From the NCBI GenBank assembly GCA_965601925.1, contig OZ271854.1, positions 4,640,001 through 4,704,000 on the forward strand: DNA of 64,000 bases, given 5' to 3'. The first letter of the stretch is position 1; each line of letters opens with the position of its first letter. The notes below the pieces were generated by a model, which did not search any database, was not told the origin of the DNA, and was given only the letters and a program-made list of their open reading frames with translations. Made by a program: the position numbers and the translations under genes. Positions 18,765-27,592 of the stretch are shown one piece after another. This stretch comes from Alkalispirochaeta sp. GTDB lineage: Bacteria; Spirochaetota; Spirochaetia; DSM-27196; Alkalispirochaetaceae.

Positions 18765-19607
18765 TCATCGCCGTGCGGCACACGCCGCTATCCGCCCCGC
18801 TACCGCCTCTCGCAGTGCCAGCCGTCCCGCCTCTGCGACGCGCATCATGGGCGGCTCGTCAGCGCCGTCCAACGCATCGCGCATGCCGCGCACAAAAGCG
18901 CGATCGATATCGGTATAATAGTTGACTTTGGCAATCCCACGTTCGATGCAGCGTCGCAGTTGGCCGTCCTCGATTCCGGACGCTCCGTGGAGGACCAAAG
19001 GAACGTGAGTTTCCTCGGCAACTCGTTCAAGAACATCAATACGAAGCGCGACGGGGCCGTGATAGGTGCCGTGACGGTTACCGATCGCGACGGCCAGAGC
19101 GTCGATGCCGCTTGAAGTGACGAAATCGCGCGCCTGTGCGGGGTCGGTGTATACCGGCTCCACCGCGCGGTCGGCCTCATCGTGCCCACCCTCTTCTCCG
19201 CCGAGCGATCCCAGTTCAGCCTCCAGCGTCACGCCGCGACGATCACACACGACGCGGGAGCGCCGTGTAGCGTCTAGGTTCGCCGCGTAGGGAAGTGCGC
19301 TCCCATCGTACATCACCGAGTCGAATCCCGCCTCGACCGCACTCTCGACCTCCTCGACCGCGGTCGCGTGGTCCAGGTGGAGCGCGTACGGCGCCGTGTA
19401 AAACCGTCCGATGGCGCGCGCAACGGCGACAAACTCGGCAAATCGCATACTCTGTTCCCGGAGCTGAATCGGCGCGATCTGGAGGATCACCGGCCGGCGC
19501 GCATATGACGCGGCCTCCAAGACACCCTTGATACTCTCCATGTTGCTGACGTTTACCGCAACTACGGCCGAGCCCTCGCTACGGGCCCGTTGGAGCATCT
19601 CTTTCAC
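18765..19607 (-). CDS. Class II fructose/tagatose-bisphosphate aldolase family protein
   Basis: HLDH, SVMYDGS, EAELG, IGNRHG, LVLHGASG, KVN; GTGA overlap with the dhaK stop. Confidence 0.9.
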   Translation of the reverse strand: MKEMLQRARSEGSAVVAVNVSNMESIKGVLEAASYARRPVILQIAPIQLREQSMRFAEFVAVARAIGRFYTAPYALHLDHATAVEEVESAVEAGFDSVMYDGSALPYAANLDATRRSRVVCDRRGVTLEAELGSLGGEEGGHDEADRAVEPVYTDPAQARDFVTSSGIDALAVAIGNRHGTYHGPVALRIDVLERVAEETHVPLVLHGASGIEDGQLRRCIERGIAKVNYYTDIDRAFVRGMRDALDGADEPPMMRVAEAGRLALREAVAGRIAACAARR

Positions 19608-20617
19608 GACGCCGTTTCGTCGTACTGAGAAAAGGCGACCGCGTCGGTAGAGGCTCTCCACAACGACTTGAGCCGATCATCGAGCTTACAGAACGAGAGC
19701 GCGATACCGCCCATCTCCTGGGTCGTAACGAAGCTCCCGATCAGCGGTTTGTACGTCGCGATATGTAGTTCTTCCAAGGCCGCGGCGACGGCACCGAAGA
19801 AGATCAAGAGCTCCATCTGGGTAGTAGAGCCGCATCCGTTTACGATGACGCCGAGTTCGTCTCCGCCCTCGTAGCCGCCGTCGGCAACGAGACGCTCCAC
19901 CATCATTCGCGCGACGTCCCGGGCGCTCGCGTGGGAGATGGTGTCTCGCGCCGCCTCGCCGTGCACCCCCATACCGAGTTGCAGCTCATCGTCGCCGAGA
20001 CGAAACATCTCGGCTCCCGTGAGGGGTGAAACACCGGGAGTTGAGGCTACCGTGAGTGTACGCGTTCGATCGCGAATGTGTCGCGCCAGTTCGGCCACTT
20101 GAGAGAGGTCGCTTGACATCTCGGCGTACACGCCGGCCATCTTGTATACGAACAGCGTGCCGGTCGTCCCGCGCCGCTCCTCGATCCTATCGGCCGGTGC
20201 GCTTGCGATGTCGTCGTAGAGAATCACCTCCTCCACGGTAATCCCGTCGTCTCGCGCCATCTCAATTGCCATACGCGCATTAATGACGTCGCCCTCGTGA
20301 TTGCTGATCAAAAGGACGACTCCCGCACCGCGATCGCTGGCGGCGACGGCGGCGCAGATGGTGTCCGGTCCCGGTGCGGCGAAGATGTTCCCGTACGCGT
20401 TGGCGTCGAGCATATTCCTCCCGACAAAGCCGATGCACGCCGGCTCGTGTCCCGATCCGTTGCCGATCGTCAGGCCGACACGTCCGACCGTCTTGGGCCG
20501 GACGCGCACAATGACCGACGAGCCGGGAAGCTTTCGCACCCGCTCACCATAGGCGCGGGCAAACCCCTCGATCATGTCCTCTACAATCGTCTCCGGGTCG
20601 TTTATAAACTTCTTCAT
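19604..20617 (-). CDS. dhaK: Dihydroxyacetone kinase-family substrate-binding subunit DhaK (copy 1)
   Basis: MKKFIND, GSGHEP, GMGVHGE. Confidence 0.9.
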   Translation of the reverse strand: MKKFINDPETIVEDMIEGFARAYGERVRKLPGSSVIVRVRPKTVGRVGLTIGNGSGHEPACIGFVGRNMLDANAYGNIFAAPGPDTICAAVAASDRGAGVVLLISNHEGDVINARMAIEMARDDGITVEEVILYDDIASAPADRIEERRGTTGTLFVYKMAGVYAEMSSDLSQVAELARHIRDRTRTLTVASTPGVSPLTGAEMFRLGDDELQLGMGVHGEAARDTISHASARDVARMMVERLVADGGYEGGDELGVIVNGCGSTTQMELLIFFGAVAAALEELHIATYKPLIGSFVTTQEMGGIALSFCKLDDRLKSLWRASTDAVAFSQYDETAS

Positions 20618-21240
20618 CGCTCATCTCCCATCGCCCCGGCCGACTGCGCAAGGGCGCGGATAATCAACCAACACGACGTCGCCCCGGCATCCCGGTGGCC
20701 CACCGATTTGTCACCCACGTACTTGGCTCGCCCGCGTTTCGCGACCATCGCCTGCGTCGCCTCGGCCCCGTTACGGCTCGCCCGCTCGGCCTCACCGAGT
20801 GCGTCGGAGAGGGAAAGGCCCCCATCCACGGCGTGGGAAAGCGCCTCCACCGCCGGATGTAGCGCGTCGATCAACGTTTTGTCCCCGGGGCGCGCGCCAC
20901 CGAGTGCTTGGATCTTCCGCAGGGCCGCGGTGAGTCCGTCGCGCACCGTCTCGGCCGACAGCTCGCCTTCGGCGAGGCTCCGCCCCAGCTCGATGAACAG
21001 CGTTCCGAACATCGGCCCCGATGCACCACCCATCTCGGAGAGGAGCGTACGGCCGAACAGAGTGAACATCCGCCCCGGGGGAGTGTCTGTTTGCAAACGG
21101 TCCAGAGCGACGCGCACGCCCCTGGCCAGACTCTCGCCGTGGTCGCCGTCGCCGACGGCGGCGTCGAGCTCTCCCAGGAGAACGCGATGCTCTTCGATCG
21201 ACCGGGTCACCATCGCCAATGTCGTTCTATCCATCGTCAC
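20614..21240 (-). CDS. dhaL: Dihydroxyacetone kinase-family ADP-binding subunit DhaL (copy 1)
   Basis: LDAAVGDGDHG, GGASG, GDKTLID, KRGRAKY, DAGA. Confidence 0.92.
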   Translation of the reverse strand: MTMDRTTLAMVTRSIEEHRVLLGELDAAVGDGDHGESLARGVRVALDRLQTDTPPGRMFTLFGRTLLSEMGGASGPMFGTLFIELGRSLAEGELSAETVRDGLTAALRKIQALGGARPGDKTLIDALHPAVEALSHAVDGGLSLSDALGEAERASRNGAEATQAMVAKRGRAKYVGDKSVGHRDAGATSCWLIIRALAQSAGAMGDER

Positions 21241-22079
21241 GGTTCCTCTTTAAACAGGTCGCGCAAAAAGGCGATCCCCTCCTGCGCAGCGTGCCGCCGG
21301 GAGGGCTCGATATTCCTCCATATCGCAACCGCGTCGCCGATCTCGCAGTTCGATGTGACGAAGGACTCAAGGGTTATCCAGCTGTCGTAGTCGATCGTTT
21401 GGAGCGCGCGCTCAAGTGCGCGCCATCGCACGGATCCGCTTCCCGGCACACCGCGATCATTCTCGCATACGTGGAGATGAACCATTCGTTCACCCGCTTG
21501 CATGACGGCCCAACCGAGATCCTTCTCCTCGATCGACAGGTGAAACGTATCGAGATGCAGTCCGACATTGTGCGCACCGATACGGCGCACGAAACGCAAT
21601 CCGTCGTTAACGGTGTTCAGGAGCGATCCCTCGTATCGATTCAAGAGTTCCACGGCCAACGTCACGCCGCGGGAGGCTGCATACTCGGCGACGCGCACAA
21701 GAACGTCTATACTCCGCGTCGCGGCGTCGGCTTGCCGGCGTCCGGTAACGCCCCACGGCGCATACAAAACACCGCAGAGAATCTCGCTCTCCAGCTCATG
21801 ACAAATCTCGATGCACGTACGCAGGTGCGCCTCCCCCGCCGCTCGCAACGCGGCGTCCTCGCTCGTGATATCCGTCGCGGCGCTCAATCCCGTACCGCAC
21901 GTGCACGCCAACGCGGTCGCCCGCAAGGCGTCTCGCGCCGCAACGCGGTCAAAAGCGCGAGGATCGACGAGGGGAAACTCAACTCCGTCGTATCCCATCT
22001 CTGCCGCTACCGGCACATAGGGCACTACGTCCTCGGTCCACTCCTCGGTAAATGTTGAGAGATGTATTCCAAACTTCAT
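21237..22079 (-). CDS. Ketose 3-epimerase (D-psicose/D-tagatose 3-epimerase family)
   Basis: ELLNRYE, HLDTFHLSIEE, HVCENDRGVPGSG, LESF, AIWR: the metal and catalytic residues of the DTE family. Confidence 0.88.
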   Translation of the reverse strand: MKFGIHLSTFTEEWTEDVVPYVPVAAEMGYDGVEFPLVDPRAFDRVAARDALRATALACTCGTGLSAATDITSEDAALRAAGEAHLRTCIEICHELESEILCGVLYAPWGVTGRRQADAATRSIDVLVRVAEYAASRGVTLAVELLNRYEGSLLNTVNDGLRFVRRIGAHNVGLHLDTFHLSIEEKDLGWAVMQAGERMVHLHVCENDRGVPGSGSVRWRALERALQTIDYDSWITLESFVTSNCEIGDAVAIWRNIEPSRRHAAQEGIAFLRDLFKEEP

Positions 22080-22157
22080 ATGGACCCGCGTGATACCAAA
22101 CGGCCCGCCCGCGAGTACCCGCGGCCGGGCCGGTACGGAACTACCGTGCGCACCGAA

Positions 22158-23441
22158 TCAGAAAATGCGCGCGACGAAGCCCGACAAGACGGCGAAGATC
22201 GAAAAGTCGTTGCCGCCGAAGGCCTGTAAAAAGTCCGCGCCGGTACTCGCCAGGAACGGAAGCGATACGGCGGCAAACACCATCAACAAGACGCCGCCGA
22301 TCGCGCTCGCCAGAATCGCACCCCGTCGCCCACCGGTCGCGTTGCCGAAGATGGCCGCCGGCGCGACATCGAAAAAACAGGCCACCGTCAGGGGCACGAG
22401 CGAGTACACGAGCCGTCCGGTAAGGGAGATAACGACCAACGTCACGATACTGGTAGCGATGGAGACGATAAACCCGATCAACAGCGCGTTGGGCGCATAC
22501 GGGAAGACCATCGGGATGTCGAGGGCCGGCGTGCTGTCGGGGATCAATTTTCCGGAGATACCGTGGAACGCCGGGATGATCTCGTTAAGCATCATACGCA
22601 CACCGGTGAGCAGCACGGTGATACCGGCTCCGAAGGTCATACCCTGCAGAATCGCGTAGCTCACCAAATCGCCGCCGCCGAATGCGTTTGCGCGACCTTC
22701 GGCACCGATAATGAGACCGACGACGAAATAGAACAGCAGCATGACGATGCCGGTGGTTACGGTGGTGTCGCGGACGAACTCCATCCATTGCGGAATGGTG
22801 AGGTTTTCCGTCGATTTTTCCTTGGGGTCTTTGTTACCGAACGCCTTGCCGATGAGCCCGCCGATAATCCCGAGACCGACTGCGGTATGGCCGATGGTGA
22901 AGCTGTCGTCACCGGTAACCTTCTTTACGAACGGCTTGATGAGCGCGGGAGTTACAACGATGTAGAGCGAGAGCATAATCGTTGCAAACACGACCAAGGC
23001 GGTACCGCTCAGTCCACCCTCGACACCGGCGGCAACGAAAATGAAAGACATCCAAAAGAAGATGTGACCGGTGAGGAAGATGTTCTTCAGTTTCGTGAAC
23101 CGCGCGACCAACAAGTTCACAAGAAATGCCAGGACCATCACCAACCCGATCGTCGATCCGTGTGTTCCCAGAAATGCGCCGAACCCGAAATCGGGATCGA
23201 TCGCCCGCATCCCTTCGGCGGCGAAGATGTCCGCAAACGCCTGTCCGATCGGATTGATGGATGCGACGATAATGTCGACGCCTCGCATGAGGACGATGAC
23301 ACCGATCACCGTCTTGAGCGTCCCCTTGACGATCGTACTGAAGTCCTTCTTCTGCAACAACATACCGACCAGAGCAATAAGGCCCAGAAAAATCGGAGGC
23401 TGGCGAAAGATGTTCTGTACGAGGTAATTGATGAATCCCAT
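22158..23441 (-). CDS. PTS IIC component, ascorbate (UlaA/SgaT) family
   Basis: IFLTGH, FTIGH, GVRMML.EI.PAF.GIS.KLIP...PALD.P. Confidence 0.92.
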   Translation of the reverse strand: MGFINYLVQNIFRQPPIFLGLIALVGMLLQKKDFSTIVKGTLKTVIGVIVLMRGVDIIVASINPIGQAFADIFAAEGMRAIDPDFGFGAFLGTHGSTIGLVMVLAFLVNLLVARFTKLKNIFLTGHIFFWMSFIFVAAGVEGGLSGTALVVFATIMLSLYIVVTPALIKPFVKKVTGDDSFTIGHTAVGLGIIGGLIGKAFGNKDPKEKSTENLTIPQWMEFVRDTTVTTGIVMLLFYFVVGLIIGAEGRANAFGGGDLVSYAILQGMTFGAGITVLLTGVRMMLNEIIPAFHGISGKLIPDSTPALDIPMVFPYAPNALLIGFIVSIATSIVTLVVISLTGRLVYSLVPLTVACFFDVAPAAIFGNATGGRRGAILASAIGGVLLMVFAAVSLPFLASTGADFLQAFGGNDFSIFAVLSGFVARIF

Positions 23442-23502
23442 ATCCTTCTCCTCTCGTCTGACGCGCCTTGTACGCGCTTTCTCGATGACACTACAGTCTC
23501 GT

Positions 23503-23784
23503 TTATCGCGGCAGCACCTGTTGCAGCTTCTCCTTGATCTCCGCAGAGTCCAGAAAGTTCCCTACCTGAACGACGGGAACACTCACCTTTCCGTCGAGTT
23601 GTGCAAAAATCTCTTTCGACGTCACGATAAGATCGACTTGCTCTGACGCCGCGGTGGTCAAGTCCGCGGTAATGACCTCGGCTTTGATGTCGAGACTCTG
23701 CAGCACCTCCGCAAGCTTGATTTTGAGAATGACACTGCTCCCGACGCCGAAGCCGCACACCGCGGCGACTCGCATTTTTTGCAT
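23503..23784 (-). CDS. PTS IIB component (Lac/Cel/Asc type)
   Basis: AVCGFGVGSS with the phospho-Cys; AAGGAG RBS. Confidence 0.92.
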   Translation of the reverse strand: MQKMRVAAVCGFGVGSSVILKIKLAEVLQSLDIKAEVITADLTTAASEQVDLIVTSKEIFAQLDGKVSVPVVQVGNFLDSAEIKEKLQQVLPR

Positions 23785-23815
23785 ATCGGCTCTCTCCTTG
23801 GTGGGTCTATGTTCC

Positions 23816-23883
23816 TTTGTACGTCCGCTCCGGTATCCGCACAAGGGAAAGATATTTTTATTTGGCAAGAGTTCTCCGTGACA
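23816..23883 (-). promoter_or_regulatory. TGTCA-N11-TGCCA operator plus AT-rich tract, followed by a promoter (TTGTGC-17-TACAAA) for the PTS catabolic operon
   Basis: 24/36 identity with 12031-12066 and the same 3-nt gap to the -35. Confidence 0.7.
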
Positions 23884-23885
23884 CC

Positions 23886-25253
23886 CTACCGATCTCGAAA
23901 GCGCTCGGTCTCCCGTAGAATCGCCTCGGCGTTGTCTCGGTTAAGATTGGAGAACTTCGCTACCTCCCGCACGGCGATACTGATTTCCCGAGCATCCCGA
24001 TTGACCCGCGTCACGGTCTCCCGTATCTCCTGCGTAGCGCCGTTGAGATCGGCGATCGCGGTAACCATCTGCGAGTTTCCCTCCCGCATCTGTTGCGACC
24101 CGGTGTGGACGGTCGCGGTGATCTCTTGCATCTGCTTGAGGGCGTCAAGCACCTGTATGCCGCCGGTGCTCTGCTCCTTCAGCGATTGGCCGATCTCGCG
24201 GAAAACGCGGTTGACCGTCCCGATGTTGTCGACGATCCCCTCGAACTCGCCGTGCGTCTCCTTCACCATACCGACGGCCCCGTTGATCGCCGTGCGGATC
24301 TCATCGAGGTCGCGCTCTACCGATGCGGCCTGCGTTCCCGCCAACTCCGCAAGCTTGCGGATCTCGCCGGCAACGACTCCGAACCCCCTACCGGCGTCGC
24401 CGGCGTGCGCTGCCTCGATGGCGGCGTTCATCGCAAGGAGATTGGTACGTTGCGCGATATCGGAGATAAGCTGATTGGCCTGGGCGAGCTTCTCGGAGTT
24501 TTCGGCGATGGTCGTCGTCTTCTGAAGGACCGCTCCCAGCTTAGTGCGCCCGCCGTCGGAGGAGCGAACCAACGTCTCGACGCTCGCCGCTCCCCGCTCG
24601 GTAGACATATCTACCGCTCGGATGCTTGCAACGAGTTGCTCGACCGCGGAAGAAGATTCGCTAATGGTCGTCGATTGACGCTCGATCAGGTGATTCAACG
24701 ACTCGATCGCTTGGGACAGCTCAGATATCGTCGCGGAGGTTTCCTCAATTCCGGCCGCCTGCCCCTCGACGCTCCCATGTATCCCTTCGACCGCCGAGCT
24801 TATCAGATCGACCGCGTCGGCGGTCTCCTCCATGCTCGAAGAGAGCGTTCCGCTGGAGCTCTCCAGCATGCCCGCTTTGTCGTCGACCTGCCGCACGAGA
24901 TCTCGCAATACGGCAACCAGCTCCTTTGACGCCTCTCCGAGTCGTGCCACTTCCGCCCGACCGCGCCACGTGATCTGTTCGTCGAGATCTCCGGCCGCGA
25001 TGCCGCGTAGCGATTCCGCGATCCCGACGAGTTGGGACGCGATCGCACGACGCACCACCAGTCCGAGTATCACCGACATTACGGCCCCGCCGACAACCAG
25101 GGCGGCCAGAGAAAACGGTGATACATGCGCGGCGAAAAACGCTTGGGATAGTGCGCTCCACGCGGCGACGATAACGGTAAAGAGGAGAAACGCTACGGCA
25201 CTGACTGAGAGTGCGACCCCCATGGATTTCAATGAATGGTCCGCCTTCTGCAT
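23886..25253 (-). CDS. Methyl-accepting chemotaxis protein (TM hairpin-HAMP-signalling domain)
   Basis: IAQRTNLLAMNAAIEAAHAGDAGRGFGVVAGEIRKLAE. Confidence 0.92.
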   Translation of the reverse strand: MQKADHSLKSMGVALSVSAVAFLLFTVIVAAWSALSQAFFAAHVSPFSLAALVVGGAVMSVILGLVVRRAIASQLVGIAESLRGIAAGDLDEQITWRGRAEVARLGEASKELVAVLRDLVRQVDDKAGMLESSSGTLSSSMEETADAVDLISSAVEGIHGSVEGQAAGIEETSATISELSQAIESLNHLIERQSTTISESSSAVEQLVASIRAVDMSTERGAASVETLVRSSDGGRTKLGAVLQKTTTIAENSEKLAQANQLISDIAQRTNLLAMNAAIEAAHAGDAGRGFGVVAGEIRKLAELAGTQAASVERDLDEIRTAINGAVGMVKETHGEFEGIVDNIGTVNRVFREIGQSLKEQSTGGIQVLDALKQMQEITATVHTGSQQMREGNSQMVTAIADLNGATQEIRETVTRVNRDAREISIAVREVAKFSNLNRDNAEAILRETERFRDR

Positions 25254-25424
25254 AACACCCTGCAACTTCGAGTCGGTAGTACAACCGTAGTGAGTTATTG
25301 TATGCCGTTAAGCGAGGAGAACACCAATCAAAGATATTTCTCTTTGTCGCGGTCGCCCCGTGCCAGGTTGTCGTATACATCGGCCATTGAACCGACCGGA
25401 ATATCCTCTATAATGCTACCCATT

Positions 25425-26231
25425 GTGAAATCGATTACTACCATTCCTACAGAACTGTGCAAGCGACTCACCCATCTCTTTACCGACATCGACGACACGA
25501 TGACGAGCGACGGCTTACTTCTCCGGGAATCGTTCGGCGCGATGTGGCGTCTGTCCGACCACGGTATCCGCGTCGTGCCGGTTACCGGACGTCCTGCCGG
25601 CTGGTGCGATCATATCGCTCGCATGTGGCCGGTGGAAGCTGTAATCGGCGAGAACGGCGCCTTCTACTTCGCCTACGATCGGACCGCTCGGCGCATGAAT
25701 CGGCGGTACCTGTTGTCCGAGGAGGAGCGTGAGGCGGCCGAGGAGCGCATGGAGCGCGCCCGACGACGCGTTCTTGCGGAAGTGCCGCGATCGGCGATCT
25801 CCGCGGATCAACCGTTTCGTTTCGCCGATTTGGCGATCGATTTTTGCGAAGACGTAGAACCGCTGGAAAAAAGTGAAATTGACGCGATCTGTCGAATTTT
25901 AGATGAAGAGGGACTTACTTACAAGGTTTCCAGTATTCATATCAATACGTGGTACGGAGACCACAATAAGGTAGCATGCCTCAAGCACTATCTATCAGAC
26001 CTTGCCCCGCCGACGGAAGCACCGTCTCTGTCGGAGGTCGTGTTTCTCGGAGATTCGCCCAACGACGAGCCGATCTTTGCGGAGGTGGAACACAGCATCG
26101 GCGTCGCCAACATTCGTACCTTCGAGGACAGGCTCACCCATCCTCCGGCCTACGTAACCGAACACGAGTCGGGCCTCGGTTTTGCCGAGGCGGTGGACGC
26201 GATACTGGCAAAACGCACGGCCGCCGGCTAG
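25425..26231 (+). CDS. HAD-IIB family hydrolase
   Basis: FTDIDDT, VTGRPAGW, SSIHIN, FLGDSPND. Start uncertain (25413 or 25425); TTGAAC-16-TATAAT promoter at 25387-25414. Confidence 0.88.
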   Translation: MKSITTIPTELCKRLTHLFTDIDDTMTSDGLLLRESFGAMWRLSDHGIRVVPVTGRPAGWCDHIARMWPVEAVIGENGAFYFAYDRTARRMNRRYLLSEEEREAAEERMERARRRVLAEVPRSAISADQPFRFADLAIDFCEDVEPLEKSEIDAICRILDEEGLTYKVSSIHINTWYGDHNKVACLKHYLSDLAPPTEAPSLSEVVFLGDSPNDEPIFAEVEHSIGVANIRTFEDRLTHPPAYVTEHESGLGFAEAVDAILAKRTAAG

Positions 26232-26346
26232 CGGATCGCCGACGCAACGGTATCCGGCCGCGCCCACCCCACGAGCGGTGCCGTTTCCCGGCACGCCGTG
26301 CGACGGACCCTCTCGGCAGTGAATGCCGCACCCGGACCGGCGCCTC

Positions 26347-26700
26347 TTAGAAGAAGGAGTATCGCATACCCACGACGGCAAAGGCCCCGGGGTAGAGACG
26401 GCGGGGGACGCGCTGTCGAATGTTGCGTCCCGTATCTCCGCTTCATCGCCGGGGACCTGCCAATCAGAGGTCTCAACGCTGAAGCGATATCCGCCGCCGT
26501 AGATCGGTGTGTAGGGAGCGGCGACGAAGGTGAGCGAAGCCCCTACACTCGGCACGTCGTTTCCGTCCCCCGCGCGCACATCCTGCGCCGGAAGATCCAT
26601 CACCAGGTCGAGACGAAGGTCCGCCGTACCGTCTAGGTGTTCCCTCCCTCGACGATCCACCAAGCGTCCCCGAGCGCCGTGTTTGCGCACGCGACGGTGT
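26347..26700 (-). pseudogene. Possible frameshifted C-terminal remnant of an outer-membrane beta-barrel-like protein
   Basis: ...LRLDLVMDL...SVGASLTFVAAPYTPIYGGGYRFSVET... then, in a shifted frame, LYPGAFAVVGMRYSFF* (stop 26347), a beta-signal-like ending. Confidence 0.35.
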
Positions 26701-26807
26701 GGGTGAGCGAGGGACGAGTTCACGCGCTCCGGCGTGCTTAAGGTCCTCGATCGACCGCACCGCCGCAGTCCGGTTACCGCGCGCGCATTCGAGGTCGCGC
26801 CGAACGG

Positions 26808-27497
26808 TCAATCGCACCCCCGCTGAAGGGTCCGTATCGCCGCCTCGTCGAGGATTTCGATGGTGGACCCTTCGCAGCGGACAATTCCCTCCCGCGCCAT
26901 ATTCCCAAGCTCCCGCGAAAGCGAGGGACGGGCGACGCCGAACATATCGGCCAGCGTCTCGCGCGATAACGTGGGACGGATAACCGACGTGCCGCGCCGG
27001 TCCATCTCGTCGACTAAAAAGACGGCGATCTTCTGTCTGAGCGTGGCGAACTCACTCAGACGCAACCGGTTCGCCAAAAAGGCCGTACGACGCCCCATAT
27101 CGTGCAACAGACCGAGTAGGACGTCCCGGTCCTCCCGGCAGTGGAAGAGCAGGCGTTCTCGCGCCATGCCGGCGAGGGTACACCGCGATACGGAAGTCAC
27201 CGTCACCGGCAAGATGGGTTCGGGAGCAAACAAGATAGATGAGGCGATGATCTCGGGTGCGAAGAACCGCTCGACTCGGAGGTGGTGGCCGTCGGCGCTG
27301 AAGATCTCGGCCTGCGCCTGCCCGTCGACCAAGAGCATGAGATGATCGAGGGTGGCTCCGCGAATCGCGACCGTCCGACCGGGGGAATACCGTACGACGG
27401 CACCTTCCATGTCGTCGGCCATTCTGAGTAAACGGCGCTCCGCTACCCCCTTGAACGGGAGTGTTCCCGAAAGGGCGTGGGCGATGATCTCGCGCAT
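26808..27497 (-). CDS. Crp/Fnr family regulator, HcpR-like
   Basis: Sensor beta-roll plus HTH SRETLADMFGVARPSLSRELG; no Fnr Cys cluster. Confidence 0.88.
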   Translation of the reverse strand: MREIIAHALSGTLPFKGVAERRLLRMADDMEGAVVRYSPGRTVAIRGATLDHLMLLVDGQAQAEIFSADGHHLRVERFFAPEIIASSILFAPEPILPVTVTSVSRCTLAGMARERLLFHCREDRDVLLGLLHDMGRRTAFLANRLRLSEFATLRQKIAVFLVDEMDRRGTSVIRPTLSRETLADMFGVARPSLSRELGNMAREGIVRCEGSTIEILDEAAIRTLQRGCD

Positions 27498-27529
27498 ATC
27501 CCTCTCCCGATTCGCGTTCGACGATTCGT

Positions 27530-27543
27530 GTAACGTATGTTAC
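27530..27543. promoter_or_regulatory. GTAAC-N4-GTTAC palindrome, likely Crp/Fnr (HcpR-type) operator for narK
   Basis: GTAACGTATGTTAC lies between the divergent genes, centred about 30 bp upstream of a TATACC -10 at 27567 (class II activation geometry). Confidence 0.75.
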
Positions 27544-27592
27544 CGACCGTTTCCGCCCCGTATCGGTATACCTGAAAGAGGGGGTGGAATCA

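Noticed and set aside
22158..23784. Calling the PTS an L-ascorbate (ula) system
   Set aside because: Only the transporter family matches; ulaG, ulaD, ulaE and ulaF are absent.
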